A stretch of 64,000 bases of DNA from Leptospira sp. GTDB taxonomy: Bacteria; Spirochaetota; Leptospiria; Leptospirales; Leptospiraceae. The stretch lies in NCBI GenBank assembly GCA_034439575.1, contig JAWXAQ010000015.1:128001-192000 (forward strand). The letters run 5' to 3'. Positions within the stretch are counted from its first letter, which is position 1, and every line of letters begins with the position of its first letter. The position numbers and the translations under genes were made by a program. Of the stretch, positions 10,063 to 21,400 are shown piece by piece. Under the pieces are notes generated by a model. It saw nothing but the letters and a program-made list of their open reading frames with translations. It had not been told where the DNA came from and ran no database searches.

Positions 10063-10137
10063 ATAAATAACTGGCTATACGAAAGAAATAAGTCAACCTA
10101 AATTTTTATTATAATTCATATATTGACCTCTTTTTTT

Positions 10138-10294
10138 AGAACTAGAATGAACGACATTCATCAACCTTAAATCCAGAACGAACGGGACAATGGCAAAATG
10201 CTTGCTTGTGTAAGCTAGCGAGTGCTAGAAGAAATATGTGACAAAGCCCGAGCGAATGTTTGTCCCGAAGTGCAGCGTTAAGCCACCGTTAGTC
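10138..10294 (-). repeat. Degenerate attC-like palindromic element
   Basis: Relatively GC-rich island starting GACTAAC 7 nt after the stop of 10302..11009, with an internal inverted repeat CGGGACAA (10183-10190)/TTGTCCCG (10260-10267). The distal end is eroded. Confidence 0.5.
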
Positions 10295-10301
10295 GCTCTA
10301 C

Positions 10302-11009
10302 TTATTTATTCCAAGCTACAACTTTTACGCCTGGAGAAAAATGAGAGCAAAAAGGCTTATTAAAATCAACAAAGTTACTAAATTCATTGTATTTAATATT
10401 TAAGTCAGTTATATCGATATTCAATAATTCCCAAGGTTTATGATGAATTTCTAATCGTTTGATACTTTGATTACAATACTGATACAAACAATATCGTTCC
10501 GTAAGCCAATGATCCCTTTCGGAAATATTTTTTAAATTTGAAATTTTATATTTGATATCAATTTCACTTCGTTTGCCTGTTAAAGCGAAGGAATTTTGGT
10601 TTCTAATAATATTTGAATGTTTGTAAGGTAATCCTGACATTACGTTTGCTAAAATTGTCGGAATCAATTTTTCAGCTTCAATACTTAAAAAATAAACACC
10701 TTGTTTTTCATTATTTTTTACATAAGTTCTGAGATTTATTTCATGAAAATTTGAAATTGGATTTAATTGAAAAGAATTCCGGATATGGATTCTATTCATT
10801 GTAAATGCAACGATTGAAATCCAAGTTTCATTATTAAAAGAATCTAAAATTAAATCTTTAGGAACGAATTTTCGTAAAATACCTTCATCTATTTTGTAAT
10901 GAAGAAAAATTGCATTATTCCATTCTTGATACCAAAACCATTTTCTTTTTGGATAATCCCAAGGTCGATGACTAGTATGTTTTAGTATTTCTTCTATTTC
11001 AGAATTCAT
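10302..11009 (-). CDS. YqjF/DUF2071-family protein
   Basis: HRPW...YQEW...FLH, FHEINLRTYV..GVYFLS, WLTERYCLY and IHHKPW motifs; visibly more AT-rich than its neighbours. Confidence 0.85.
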   Translation of the reverse strand: MNSEIEEILKHTSHRPWDYPKRKWFWYQEWNNAIFLHYKIDEGILRKFVPKDLILDSFNNETWISIVAFTMNRIHIRNSFQLNPISNFHEINLRTYVKNNEKQGVYFLSIEAEKLIPTILANVMSGLPYKHSNIIRNQNSFALTGKRSEIDIKYKISNLKNISERDHWLTERYCLYQYCNQSIKRLEIHHKPWELLNIDITDLNIKYNEFSNFVDFNKPFCSHFSPGVKVVAWNK

Positions 11010-11125
11010 TTAAAAGCATGGTTGCTAACTAATAATTGCATGGGATCTTTTTTTGTTTATATATTTAGTTTAAAATAATTGGTTATAAAAATTTAACATA
11101 AACTTTGTTAATCAAAATTAGGCGA

Positions 11126-12427
11126 TCACAAATTTAACGGAATTATTGATTCCCTCTTCGGTTTGATTTTCTTTTTCAATTCCTCAGCTTCTAATTCTTC
11201 CGGTATAGCGAAAATCTTTTTTGGCTTAGCTATCCCTTTTAACTTATGTTCCCCGATTTCTTGCCATCTAACACCGATTTCATTGGCAAATTCTTCGGAA
11301 GCAAGCACAGCTTTTTTGAGCTCTCCACACATCCCCGCGATGCGACTCGTTAAATTGACAGCCTCTCCGATGACTGTGAAATCCAATCTGTCATTGGATC
11401 CTATATTTCCATATCTAATTTCTCCTAAGTGCAATCCTACTCCATGTAAAATGCGAGTCTGGCCGATCTTTTTCCTTTCCTTATTTAATTTCATTAATAG
11501 CAAAAAAACTTCTCTAACAGCAATTAGAGCTTTATAACCGACTCTCTTTTTTGATTTATTATCATAGGGAAATACAGCAAGGATGCCATCACCTAACATC
11601 TTTAATACTTCTCCACCATTCCGCTCTATAACCGGAATCACAAGGCCAAAATAAGCATTTAAAAGTTCTACTGTATCTTCGGGTGATAATCTTTCACTGA
11701 TACCAGAATAATTTCGAATATCAGAAAACCAAATGATGGAATTAATTTTTTCTAAATCACCCCTATAAATTTTTCCAGAATTAACTAGAGCACCAGTCGT
11801 TTTTCCTAAATATATACTTAATAAACTCTGAGTCAGGTCAGCCTGTAAAAAAGTAACCCACTTAACAGATATTACATTTAATGCTCGAATTAAAAATTGA
11901 ATTTCATCTTCTGAGAATCCGCCAACTTTATTTGTAAGTAAACTCATAAATGCGAATGAATTGCCTGCCTGTACTACAGGAACCGCCAGATAACCCGTTG
12001 GTTTAAATTCGGCTAACTCTTGAAGTATAGGATAAGGATACTCTTCACCTTCATGTTCTGTAAAAGAGAAATAATATATTTTTTTAGTCGTTAACACATA
12101 ATGAATGGGGCTTGTCGAAAATTGGTTAGAGGCAATCGAACCCAACTTAAAACGAGATTCTCTCAAATATCCTGTGCCAAAATTATGAACAAACGATGAG
12201 TGAAATAAAGGATTTGGTTGCGTTTCCAATAGTCCTTCGCTTCCTTTAGGAACCCAAAGATAAGCCATTGTTTCAACTTGCGGGTGTAAGGTTCGCGTTC
12301 CCATATTCCCACGAAGAAGTTGGAACTTCTCCTTAACCAAAAATTCCATAAAATTGTGTAATAGTTCGGCACCAGACCTTGCCGTCTGGCTATGAACTAT
12401 GTACCAATCCAAAAAGTTTTCTAACAT
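11126..12427 (-). CDS. Class III adenylate/guanylate cyclase with GAF-like N-terminal region
   Basis: FSDIRNYS, KMLGDG and DFTVIGEAVNLTSR. The Lys/Asp specificity residues point to ATP. Confidence 0.9.
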   Translation of the reverse strand: MLENFLDWYIVHSQTARSGAELLHNFMEFLVKEKFQLLRGNMGTRTLHPQVETMAYLWVPKGSEGLLETQPNPLFHSSFVHNFGTGYLRESRFKLGSIASNQFSTSPIHYVLTTKKIYYFSFTEHEGEEYPYPILQELAEFKPTGYLAVPVVQAGNSFAFMSLLTNKVGGFSEDEIQFLIRALNVISVKWVTFLQADLTQSLLSIYLGKTTGALVNSGKIYRGDLEKINSIIWFSDIRNYSGISERLSPEDTVELLNAYFGLVIPVIERNGGEVLKMLGDGILAVFPYDNKSKKRVGYKALIAVREVFLLLMKLNKERKKIGQTRILHGVGLHLGEIRYGNIGSNDRLDFTVIGEAVNLTSRIAGMCGELKKAVLASEEFANEIGVRWQEIGEHKLKGIAKPKKIFAIPEELEAEELKKKIKPKRESIIPLNL

Positions 12428-12434
12428 CAAAAGT

Positions 12435-13151
12435 TTATTTTACTTCTACGATCAATTCGTAATCGCCTTCTATAACATCTTTAGCGCCAGTTACACTGAT
12501 GAAAACTCGATATGGATTCCCGACGGCTCTCAATTCAATAGATTGAGGAACGTTTGGTTTGGAAAAATCAGGCTGTCCAATCCAAGTAGGATGGGATGCT
12601 TCACAGCTCACCGCACCATGCACGTTTGGTGGGATGTATTTAGGTTCAAATCCGCTGAAGGCATAAAGATTGATTCTTTTGGAAGGGTCTTTCGGTTTAA
12701 CAGTGATCACCATCGTACTTTTTTTTGGTAAGTCAGTCCAATAAAACACTTGGTTGCCTTCAAATTCAATATTGCGAATACCAGGCCAACAAGCCATACT
12801 ACTTGACTCTGCCCATTCCAGATCTTCCATGATCGCACCTGTTTTTAAATTTCCATTGATAGTTACAGATTTCTTTTTCTCTGATTTTATAAAAGTAACC
12901 CCAGGAACTTGCGCCATTTCTTTGATTCTATCAATTGTCACAACCTCATCATAGCTATCCGCATAACCATCATAATGCACCAAAAATCCTTCAGCTTGCA
13001 CTTTTAGAATTTTACCACTATATGATTTTTTTGTTTTAGGATCAGTAACTTCGACTCTATCCCCAACTGTAAAATTTGGACCGGCAATGAGTGAATAAAA
13101 AGTAAAAATATAAACAAATAGAAATTTTGTATAGGTTACAGGTTTTCTCAT
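12435..13151 (-). CDS. Exported protein with Tudor-knot/Agenet-like domain and PPC-like C-terminal domain
   Basis: Signal peptide; GDRVEV..GKILKV..FLVHYDGY..SYDEVV; ends ISVTG...GDYELIV. Confidence 0.55.
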   Translation of the reverse strand: MRKPVTYTKFLFVYIFTFYSLIAGPNFTVGDRVEVTDPKTKKSYSGKILKVQAEGFLVHYDGYADSYDEVVTIDRIKEMAQVPGVTFIKSEKKKSVTINGNLKTGAIMEDLEWAESSSMACWPGIRNIEFEGNQVFYWTDLPKKSTMVITVKPKDPSKRINLYAFSGFEPKYIPPNVHGAVSCEASHPTWIGQPDFSKPNVPQSIELRAVGNPYRVFISVTGAKDVIEGDYELIVEVK

Positions 13152-13224
13152 TTAGTTCTCCATTTAATAAGGAATGATTTGGTTAGGTTTGTGAGGATAA
13201 TCAAGAAGAATAAAAAGGAAACAG

Positions 13225-13254
13225 CCAGCCCAAAGTTTTTATTCCTTGGACTGG
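13225..13254 (-). terminator. Terminator hairpin after icd
   Basis: Minus strand CCAGTCCAAGG-loop-CTTTGGGCTGG followed by a T-rich tract. Confidence 0.6.
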
Positions 13255-13270
13255 GAAGATTTGAAAATTG

Positions 13271-14482
13271 CTATTTTAATTTAGCATCGAGACGATTTTT
13301 CACTGCATCCATAAATTTGAAAGTATCCAATTCTTTTTTGGTTGCCGCTGTCGAAAGGGAAAGTAAGTCTTTTGTCATCTCTCCCCCTTCAATCGTTTCA
13401 ATGATCGCTTCTTCTAATTTATGAGCAAAGTTAACTACATCAGGAGTCCCATCGAGTTCCCCTCTCTTTGCGAGTGCACCAGTCCAAGCAAAAATAGAAG
13501 CCACTGAGTTTGTAGAAGTCGTTTCACCTTTTTGGTATTTTCTATAGTGTCGCGTAACAGTTCCATGTGCGGCTTCGTATTCGTATTTTCCGTCAGGTGA
13601 AACTAAAACAGAAGTCATAAGACCAAGAGAACCAAAACCAGAAGCCACCATATCAGACATTACATCACCATCGTAATTCATAAGTGCCCATAACTGACCA
13701 CCTTCATTTTTCATGATCTGAGCCACTGCATCATCAATTAGATAATAACTGTATGTGATTCCAGCCGCTTTCATAGCTGCATCCTGTTCTACTGCCATGT
13801 TATCAAAAATTTCACGGAAACGTGCATGGTATTTTTTTGAAATCGTATCTTTTGTCGCAAACCAAATGCTGATCTTTTCAGATAAAGCATAGTTAAAGCA
13901 TGCTTTTGCAAATGATTTGATGGAATCATCCAAATTAAACATCCCCATGGCAACACCAGAAGATTTGTAATCATTGACGAGTAATCTTTGTTTTTCTTTG
14001 CCAGAAGCATCTGTATAAACAAGTTCTACTTTTCCAGGAGCATCAACTAACATCTCAACATTTCTATAAATATCACCAAATGCATGACGACCAATTGCAA
14101 TTGGTTTTTTCCAAGAATTTACTGCTGCAGGAATATTCTTTATGATGATAGGTTTTCTAAATACAGTTCCATCTAATATTGCACGAATCGTTCCGTTAGG
14201 TGATTTCCATTCTTGTTTGAGTTTGTATTCTTTTACACGATCCGCATTTGGAGTGATTGTCGCACACTTAACACCTACACCATGTTTTTGGATAGCTTTT
14301 GCGGAATCTACAGTCACTTGGTCATCTGTTTTGTCTCTGTATTCAACACCTAGGTCATAATATTCAAGTGTTATATCTAAATAAGGGTGAATGAATTTAT
14401 CCTTAATTTCTTTCCAGATGATTCTTGTCATCTCATCGCCATCTAACTCTACTAATGGTGTTTTTACCTTGATTTTACTCAT
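13271..14482 (-). CDS. icd: NADP-dependent isocitrate dehydrogenase (subfamily II)
   Basis: [33 protein letters not shown] and [10 protein letters not shown] motifs. Confidence 0.97.
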   Translation of the reverse strand: MSKIKVKTPLVELDGDEMTRIIWKEIKDKFIHPYLDITLEYYDLGVEYRDKTDDQVTVDSAKAIQKHGVGVKCATITPNADRVKEYKLKQEWKSPNGTIRAILDGTVFRKPIIIKNIPAAVNSWKKPIAIGRHAFGDIYRNVEMLVDAPGKVELVYTDASGKEKQRLLVNDYKSSGVAMGMFNLDDSIKSFAKACFNYALSEKISIWFATKDTISKKYHARFREIFDNMAVEQDAAMKAAGITYSYYLIDDAVAQIMKNEGGQLWALMNYDGDVMSDMVASGFGSLGLMTSVLVSPDGKYEYEAAHGTVTRHYRKYQKGETTSTNSVASIFAWTGALAKRGELDGTPDVVNFAHKLEEAIIETIEGGEMTKDLLSLSTAATKKELDTFKFMDAVKNRLDAKLK

Positions 14483-14524
14483 TTCATTCTCCTAAAGATT
14501 TTTATCGTTTTGATTTTGTTTCGC

Positions 14525-15106
14525 TTATGATTCATTTATTAAAAAAGGCCCAATGTGTTCATGCCAGAGCCTGTGACAAAACTCAGTTGAGTTGTTGATG
14601 GAGCCAGGTATAGTATGTATGCCCGATAGAGATGTATATCTTTTTCTAAAAGCATCCGCTTCAGAAAATTTTTCAAATTTTTCTTCGACCCGAATCAATG
14701 TTAGACGCCATTCTTTCATCAATTTACTTCTTGAAGGAGAAGTTTCTGGAATTTTCAATTCCTTGGCTGATGAAATGGAGATATCTAAAAGATGTAAAGG
14801 GAATGCCGGTGGAGTGTATTTATCACGAATAGCTTCAATATCTTTTTCTATCTCGGATTCTTCGATATTTCCTAAGAAAAAAAAGGAAGAGAAGAGAATC
14901 GAGATAGGAAGGTAAAAGGCAAAATTGCGATCAAAGGCTGCCATTTGCTCAATTGCCCAAGCGATAGACTTGGATCTTGATTGGTCTGAACTTTCGTATT
15001 CAGCATCAGATATCCGACCAATTTGTTGGAAACAATATTGAGTGAAACGGAGTTTTTCGATCCAGAAGATTTCTATAATATGTGGAATCATATCCGTTTC
15101 GTTCAT
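14525..15106 (-). CDS. Hypothetical protein (possibly DinB-like helical bundle)
   Basis: 193-aa ORF with ATG start. Only a weak resemblance to DinB (SIAWAIEQM, C-terminal HxxxHEH). Confidence 0.6.
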   Translation of the reverse strand: MNETDMIPHIIEIFWIEKLRFTQYCFQQIGRISDAEYESSDQSRSKSIAWAIEQMAAFDRNFAFYLPISILFSSFFFLGNIEESEIEKDIEAIRDKYTPPAFPLHLLDISISSAKELKIPETSPSRSKLMKEWRLTLIRVEEKFEKFSEADAFRKRYTSLSGIHTIPGSINNSTEFCHRLWHEHIGPFLINES

Positions 15107-15200
15107 TTTCCCTGAACGAAACTTTTTTTCAAGTGAGAATCCTTTTTTCGGATCATACTTCCGCCTTCCTAACCCTTCCGAGTGAAAAAAGGAGAAAAAT

Positions 15201-15629
15201 ATGCAGAATACACAAGGAACGGAATGGAAGGAATTAGTAGAACGTAAGGATGAATTCCTACATATCTTACGAATTCTAAATCATTATTATGAGTCGGGGG
15301 CAAAGATTAAAAACCCACTCTACCAATTCCGCAAAGATTTGGTAGAATTACCGCCCAAATCAATCAGGATTTTCTTAGCCAGTATTGGCAAATTTGAATA
15401 TTTCGTCCAAGCAAGTAAAACTCCCGACTTAGAAAATCGAGAATCCTGGGTTCATATTGATGGAATCTCAGAAGAAAGGATGCGCCTCCGAGAACTTGGC
15501 AATTTAGATCATCCTGTATTTTCCATCACCTGCCTTGGCGATTTATATGAAAATCACTGCGTATCTTTTAAGTTTCCAGAAGAAAGGGAAAAAAAAGTAG
15601 CAAAACCAAAAAAGAAAATCAGAATCTAG
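15201..15629 (+). CDS. Hypothetical protein
   Basis: 142-aa ORF with a strong AGGAG RBS and a basic C-terminus. Confidence 0.75.
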   Translation: MQNTQGTEWKELVERKDEFLHILRILNHYYESGAKIKNPLYQFRKDLVELPPKSIRIFLASIGKFEYFVQASKTPDLENRESWVHIDGISEERMRLRELGNLDHPVFSITCLGDLYENHCVSFKFPEEREKKVAKPKKKIRI

Positions 15630-15633
15630 CTAA

Positions 15634-16695
15634 ATGATTCGAACTGTATTTTTAGTTTTCCTTAGTTTTATCACTTTTGATTTATCTGCGGAGAACCTAA
15701 GTGATCAGTTAGCCCGACTAAATAAACCTTCTGACTTTAGAACTCAATTTTATAAGGAAGAAGGTTACTTACAAGCTTGGAACTTTTCCTTTCAGAACAA
15801 AGATTACAAAGTATTTTGCACATTTCTTGTGAGTAACTTTGGTCCTGGGAGTAAAAATAACGGCATCAGTGTTCTAGTTAAACATAAAGATAATCCCGTT
15901 TTTTACAGCACACAAGAGTTCGGTGAAAATGAATATGCGATGAAATCTGGTCAGTTTTTTCAACAAAGTGGAGAAAATTGGATGGATTACAAAAATGGGA
16001 AATATACCATTCATATGGTGTTTCCTGATTGGATCTTTGATTTAGAATTTTCACCGACGCAAAAATCAGGAGTTGCTATTTCTGGCGGAAAACTTTTGTT
16101 AAGTGACGAATCAAAATTTATCCAAGCGGATATTCCTGTTTCTTTTGCCAATGTCTCAGGAAATATTTTTTATAAAGGAACTCCAGAATTTGTCGAAGGA
16201 ACTGGCGGCATAGAACACCTATTAACAAATTACGAAGTATATAAATATTCAAAAAAATGGGAGATTGTTAGAACCATTTCTGCAGACGGAACGCGAATTT
16301 TAACAGGTGGTTTTATGGGTACAGATAAAATACCTGGAGGATTTTTTCGAAAGGTTGCCGTGCTATCAAAAAAAGGTGAACTTTTGTTAGAGGGCACTAT
16401 TTCTCGCATGGAAACATTAGAGGAAGAAATTGAACCTATTTCAAATTACAAACTTCCCAAAAAAGAAAGATTGTACTTTGGCGAAAATGAAAAATGTTAT
16501 TTTGATATCTACCGCAAACAAACCATCGCGGCGATAAGTGCTTTAGAAAATATATCAAGTTTACTTCGGTTTTTCATTGGTCTCTTTTTTGCAAAACCTT
16601 ACCAAATTCACGCAGATGTAGAAATTGAGTTAAGTTGTGATGTATGGTCTGGAAAAGGAAAAGGCTTACATTCCTACTATTTGATTAATCATTAA
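15634..16695 (+). CDS. Exported beta-rich hypothetical protein
   Basis: Signal peptide (LSA-E), 353 aa with aromatic beta-strand patterns; starts 4 nt after the previous gene. Confidence 0.75.
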   Translation: MIRTVFLVFLSFITFDLSAENLSDQLARLNKPSDFRTQFYKEEGYLQAWNFSFQNKDYKVFCTFLVSNFGPGSKNNGISVLVKHKDNPVFYSTQEFGENEYAMKSGQFFQQSGENWMDYKNGKYTIHMVFPDWIFDLEFSPTQKSGVAISGGKLLLSDESKFIQADIPVSFANVSGNIFYKGTPEFVEGTGGIEHLLTNYEVYKYSKKWEIVRTISADGTRILTGGFMGTDKIPGGFFRKVAVLSKKGELLLEGTISRMETLEEEIEPISNYKLPKKERLYFGENEKCYFDIYRKQTIAAISALENISSLLRFFIGLFFAKPYQIHADVEIELSCDVWSGKGKGLHSYYLINH

Positions 16696-16706
16696 AAAAT
16701 GAATCA

Positions 16707-17657
16707 TTAATCAAGGCGAAAGGTCATACCTTCTCTCGCGATCATCACTTGGGTTTTTTCAGGATGTTTCGCTTTTCCTTCATCTAATATGATTCGAATC
16801 ACCTCATGATCATCATGGTCTGGTTCGTGATGTGTTAATACGACAGATTTGATTTCCATCATTTCTGCAAATTCCACTGCCTTACTAACAGCCGTATGAC
16901 CCCAACCAATTTTTTTCTCTGCTTCGGCTGTGCTATATTGTGCATCAATCACTAACAAATCTGAACCAACAATATGAGGCTTTAAGTTTAATAAGTGTTC
17001 GCGGTCTTCTTCACGGTATTCTACATCAGTACAAAATAAAAATTTGCGATCACCTTCTCTCACACGATAACCTGTGCAACTTCCAGGGTGACGTAAGGAA
17101 ATCGGAATTACTTTTAAATCTCCTATCGGATAGGATTCAAACTCGTTCCAAAGGTGGAACGACTTTTTGGAAGCCATCTGATCTAGTGTGATGGGAAAAT
17201 TTTCGGGGTGTTGTTGGCGGACAAGACGCTCTTCTAAATTGGATATCGCGGAATAAAAATTAATGTTAGTTGAGGGCGAATAACCAGGCTTAAAGAATGG
17301 CCAACCTTGGATATGATCCCAATGTGTATGTGAAACAAGAATATTTAGATCTAAAGGTTTACCACTGAAGGCTTGCGGTGCGAGAATATTTCCCAGTTCT
17401 CGAATCCCAGTTCCCATATCGAAAATCAATTTTTCGCCGGAATTTCCTTCCAGATACACACAAGTGGTATTTCCACCAAGATCCTGTTCTAATGGTAAAG
17501 GTAGAGAGTGTAGGAAGTCTTCTTCAGAAAAAGAATTTGGATTCTTTTTCCACTCTTCCTTGGCCATCTTTAATATTTTCAGCAATTTCTCTTGGTACTC
17601 TCGTTTTGTGACAGGAGTAGGCAGGGAACCTCGAACGCCGAAAAGAGTTATTTTCAT
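16707..17657 (-). CDS. Metallo-beta-lactamase-fold hydrolase (RNase Z-like/phosphodiesterase)
   Basis: GVRGSLPTP, GGNTTC, SHTHWDHIQG, GWGH and THHEP motifs. Confidence 0.9.
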   Translation of the reverse strand: MKITLFGVRGSLPTPVTKREYQEKLLKILKMAKEEWKKNPNSFSEEDFLHSLPLPLEQDLGGNTTCVYLEGNSGEKLIFDMGTGIRELGNILAPQAFSGKPLDLNILVSHTHWDHIQGWPFFKPGYSPSTNINFYSAISNLEERLVRQQHPENFPITLDQMASKKSFHLWNEFESYPIGDLKVIPISLRHPGSCTGYRVREGDRKFLFCTDVEYREEDREHLLNLKPHIVGSDLLVIDAQYSTAEAEKKIGWGHTAVSKAVEFAEMMEIKSVVLTHHEPDHDDHEVIRIILDEGKAKHPEKTQVMIAREGMTFRLD

Positions 17658-17743
17658 TCCTTTCCTCTGGAAAATCTAAATTCTGCCCTTCGTTTGACGA
17701 AAGAGTCTGTAACTACAGTATCGGTAAAAAGGTCAATTTTCCC

Positions 17744-18409
17744 TTGATACTTAATCCCGACGTAAAACAAAAGCTGTGGTCCTTTGCGATCCGAACATCC
17801 TATCAATCAGACTACCTCCTTCAACCTAAAGAATGGGGGAAAAAAATCGACATAAAAAATTCCTTTCCTCAAGAGATTGAGGGCCTTTGGTTAGAGTTAG
17901 GTTCTGGTTTTGGGGAAGTTGCCATTGAATTAGCAAATCTCCATCCAAATATAGGATTTTTGTTAATGGAGAGAAAAATTGACCGAGTGAAAGCCACAGA
18001 AAAAAAAAGGAAAGAACTTGGCTTAGAAAATATCCGTTATATGACAACTAACTTCCAATGGTTTTTTTCTGAATTGATAGAGAAAGAAATTTTTGATCGT
18101 ATCATCATCAATTTTCCAGACCCCTGGCCAAAAAACAAACATCATAAAAATAGAGCCATGCAAGTTTCTTTTCTGCATGAAATTCATGCCTTACTGAAAC
18201 CGAATGGAAAACTTTTATTTGCGACTGACTATGCTCCCTATGCCAGAAGGACAATCAGTCTATTTAGAAAATGTAAGGATCTGTTTGGTTATGAAAAAGA
18301 ATATGAATTTGAAAGAAGTGGCTTCCCTATTTCCTTTTTCGAAAATCTAAAAAGGTCAGAAGGGAAGCGAATCTTCTATTTAGAAAGAACCAAAATCAAT
18401 CCAGGGTAA
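17744..18409 (+). CDS. trmB: tRNA (guanine-N7)-methyltransferase
   Basis: LELGSGFG, FPDPWPK..HHKNR and ATD motifs; TTG start. Confidence 0.9.
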   Translation: MILNPDVKQKLWSFAIRTSYQSDYLLQPKEWGKKIDIKNSFPQEIEGLWLELGSGFGEVAIELANLHPNIGFLLMERKIDRVKATEKKRKELGLENIRYMTTNFQWFFSELIEKEIFDRIIINFPDPWPKNKHHKNRAMQVSFLHEIHALLKPNGKLLFATDYAPYARRTISLFRKCKDLFGYEKEYEFERSGFPISFFENLKRSEGKRIFYLERTKINPG

Positions 18410-21400
18410 TCGTACTGATATGTTTGTTATCTCTTTCCGGATTCCATGGAATGGATTTTTTAACTGAACTTTTGGTAGTTAGGATTTCTTTAGGCTTTGC
18501 TTCCAATTGTGTTTCTGCAATGTTATATTTGAAATCCGATTGAGAATTGTGTACTTCGCTCCATTTCCCTTCTTCCTTCCAAACTAATAAACTTTCAGAT
18601 GATTTGACGTGAATTCCATTTCCGCTATGATAGGAATTCAAATAATTTCCATTCATATTCAATGAGACCACTTTTCCCGAAATATCTACATCCAAAAGTA
18701 TTCCACCGACTTTCACCAAACATGCATGAGATAAACAATCAATCACATTAGATTGTTCCTTAGAATCTTTTTTAAGTAACAAACTTGGTTTTGTGGTCGC
18801 ACTAAAGGAATCCTTTGGAAAAGACTGGAAAGAAAATTCCTTCTTTTTGTCCCGAACAAACATTAGGTTGCCATTTGATGTAATGCCAAAGGAAGCAATA
18901 TCTTTGTCCGGTGACTCATATAACTTGTTACCTTCGGCAGATAATACTAAAAATGATTTTTCATTTGATTTTGCATTTTCTGTCAAAATATAAATTTTAT
19001 CATCAAAGGATTCAGCATTTATTATTTTTTCAGAGTTTGCCAGTTTGATCGCTGTGCTAAACTTACCAGTGTCAGGATAAATTTTCTGAATTAAACCTGG
19101 TCTTACAGCCAACAACTGTTTTGTGGGGATGATTTTAGAATAAGGTTCTGGGGTGTATATTTTCCAAACCACTTCTTTGGTATTCCTATCAAGACCCACT
19201 AAACTTTCTCCGTAATTGATGATCATACGGTTTGGATATAGAATGGGATTTTGAATGGGAGATCCAGTCAATTGAACTTCTGTAATGATAACGGAACCAT
19301 CAGGTTGGTCGGAAGGTAACATACGCGCATACTTCGTATCTGCATGGTCTTTCCAAATTTCTTTTTTAAGTGCAATTCGTTTAGAATTGGTTTTTTCCGA
19401 AGGACTGAGTTTGTTCTTTTCTGATAGTATTATGAAATATGCATATAATGCTTCCGCACTTCTGTCTTCTTTCAATACATTTAGAATAGCACTCTCAGCG
19501 TCATCTAACCTTCCTTCTTTGAAATAGATATATGCTAATTGAATTTCGCCTTCCGAAAAATCGGGATCAGATTTTCTTAAAGTTTCTAAAATCGACTTTG
19601 ATTCGGAAATCAAATCTTCATTGAAGTAAGCGATGGCTAAGTTAAAAGAGGAAATAGAAAATTCTTTATCTTTATTTCGGGCTCTTTCGAATTCCTTTTT
19701 GGCATCCTCTTTTTTTTCCAATTTATAATATGCCACACCCTTAGCGACATTGCTCGGTGCAAAGGTTCCATTTAACAATATCGATTTATCAAATAAATTG
19801 ACAGAACCTTCATAGTCCTTTTTTTTCATCGAAATCAAACCAAGCATATAATAGCTGTAAAACGAATCAGGCTTCTCTTTTAGAAGGTTGTTGAATCCTT
19901 CTTCCGCTTTGGCAGTTTCCCCTTTTTTGTAAAAGTAAGCGAAAATACCTTCTTGGAAAGAAGATGCCTGATCTTTATTTTCTTTGGCAGCCTTTTCTAA
20001 TATGGATATGCCTCTTTCTTCTTCCCCTTTTGCCATATAACATTCGGCAATTTTTACTAAAAGGGATGGTTTATTGATCTTATCGTATGCTTTTTGATAG
20101 GCGCTAATAGCATCATCATATCTTTTTTTATCATAAGCTTTATTTCCTTCCCTAACATAGGGAATGATTTCAGCAAATCGCAGATTTTCTTTGATGGTAC
20201 GTTCTGTATCAAAAACTTCTGGAATCTCTTTAGAATACTTTTTTGATTTTAGAACGAAATCGAGAGCTTTGGTATAATTTTCTTTTTCATTCTCATCGAC
20301 TGCCCGTTTATAAAAAAGATTTGCTAATCGATAATTGACTGCTTCATGATTGGGGAATTTTTTTGCGAGGCCATTATATATAGATTCGGCTTCATCATAT
20401 TTCTTTGAATCTTCCGCGATCCGACCCATGGTTATTGCCGCATAAGGATCATTTTGCGAAAGATTTTGTAATTTTTTCACATATTCTGATGCTTTTTTTG
20501 CATTTCCAGTCTTCGCATAAAGACGAGCTAGACCCTGCATCGCGACTAAATTGTTTTCATCTAAGCGTAAAGATTCAAGATAACTAGATTCTGATTTTTT
20601 CGAATCATCAAACACGAAATATGCTTTACCGAATGCGTTATGCGGTGATGGATCAGAAGGTGATCTGCCCAAGGCTTTTCCATATTGTTCCAATGCTTGT
20701 TTGCGTTTGCCTTGGCGTAAAAACTTATCACCTTCGCTGATATACATCTGAGATTCAGCTAAAGCAATGGCTTTTTTGATTTGATCTTTGTCGGCATGAA
20801 TGTGCGATTCCGCTTTTTTCAAAGCATCGATCGCCTCTTCGTTTCTGCCGAGATCAATCAGTAAATACGCTAAGTTTATCCGAGGTTCAAAAAGATTTTT
20901 ATCCCATGAAGAGGCATCTTGGAAACTTAAAACAGCTTTTTGTGTATGGCCCCATTTCCATTCACAAATACCGAGTTTATTTTTTAAGTCAGCATTTCTC
21001 GGTGATTTTGCGAGTCCTGTTTCTGAAACTTTCAAACATTCAGAAAAATTCTTCTTTTTGATATAAACATTACAAAGTCCAATGTAGGCATTTGTAAAAT
21101 TATCTTGCAAACTTATAGACTTACGGAAGTTTGTTTCTGCTTCAGGATACAGTCCTTTTAAAAAATATGCATTCCCTAAAAAAGACCAAAGCGAAGCATT
21201 GGATGGTTGCAATTCTGTAGCTTTTTTATATTCAACGATCGCAAGGTCATAGTTTTTTTTGGCAATCGCATCATTTCCTTTTTGGATAAAACTCGCTACT
21301 CGAGTGGATTCTTTCGCATTTTGAGCAGATTTAAGTTCTGGTTGGAGTTTTTCTGCCTTGGCAAAGTAGGCTTCTGCTTCATCATATTTTTTAAGTTCGA

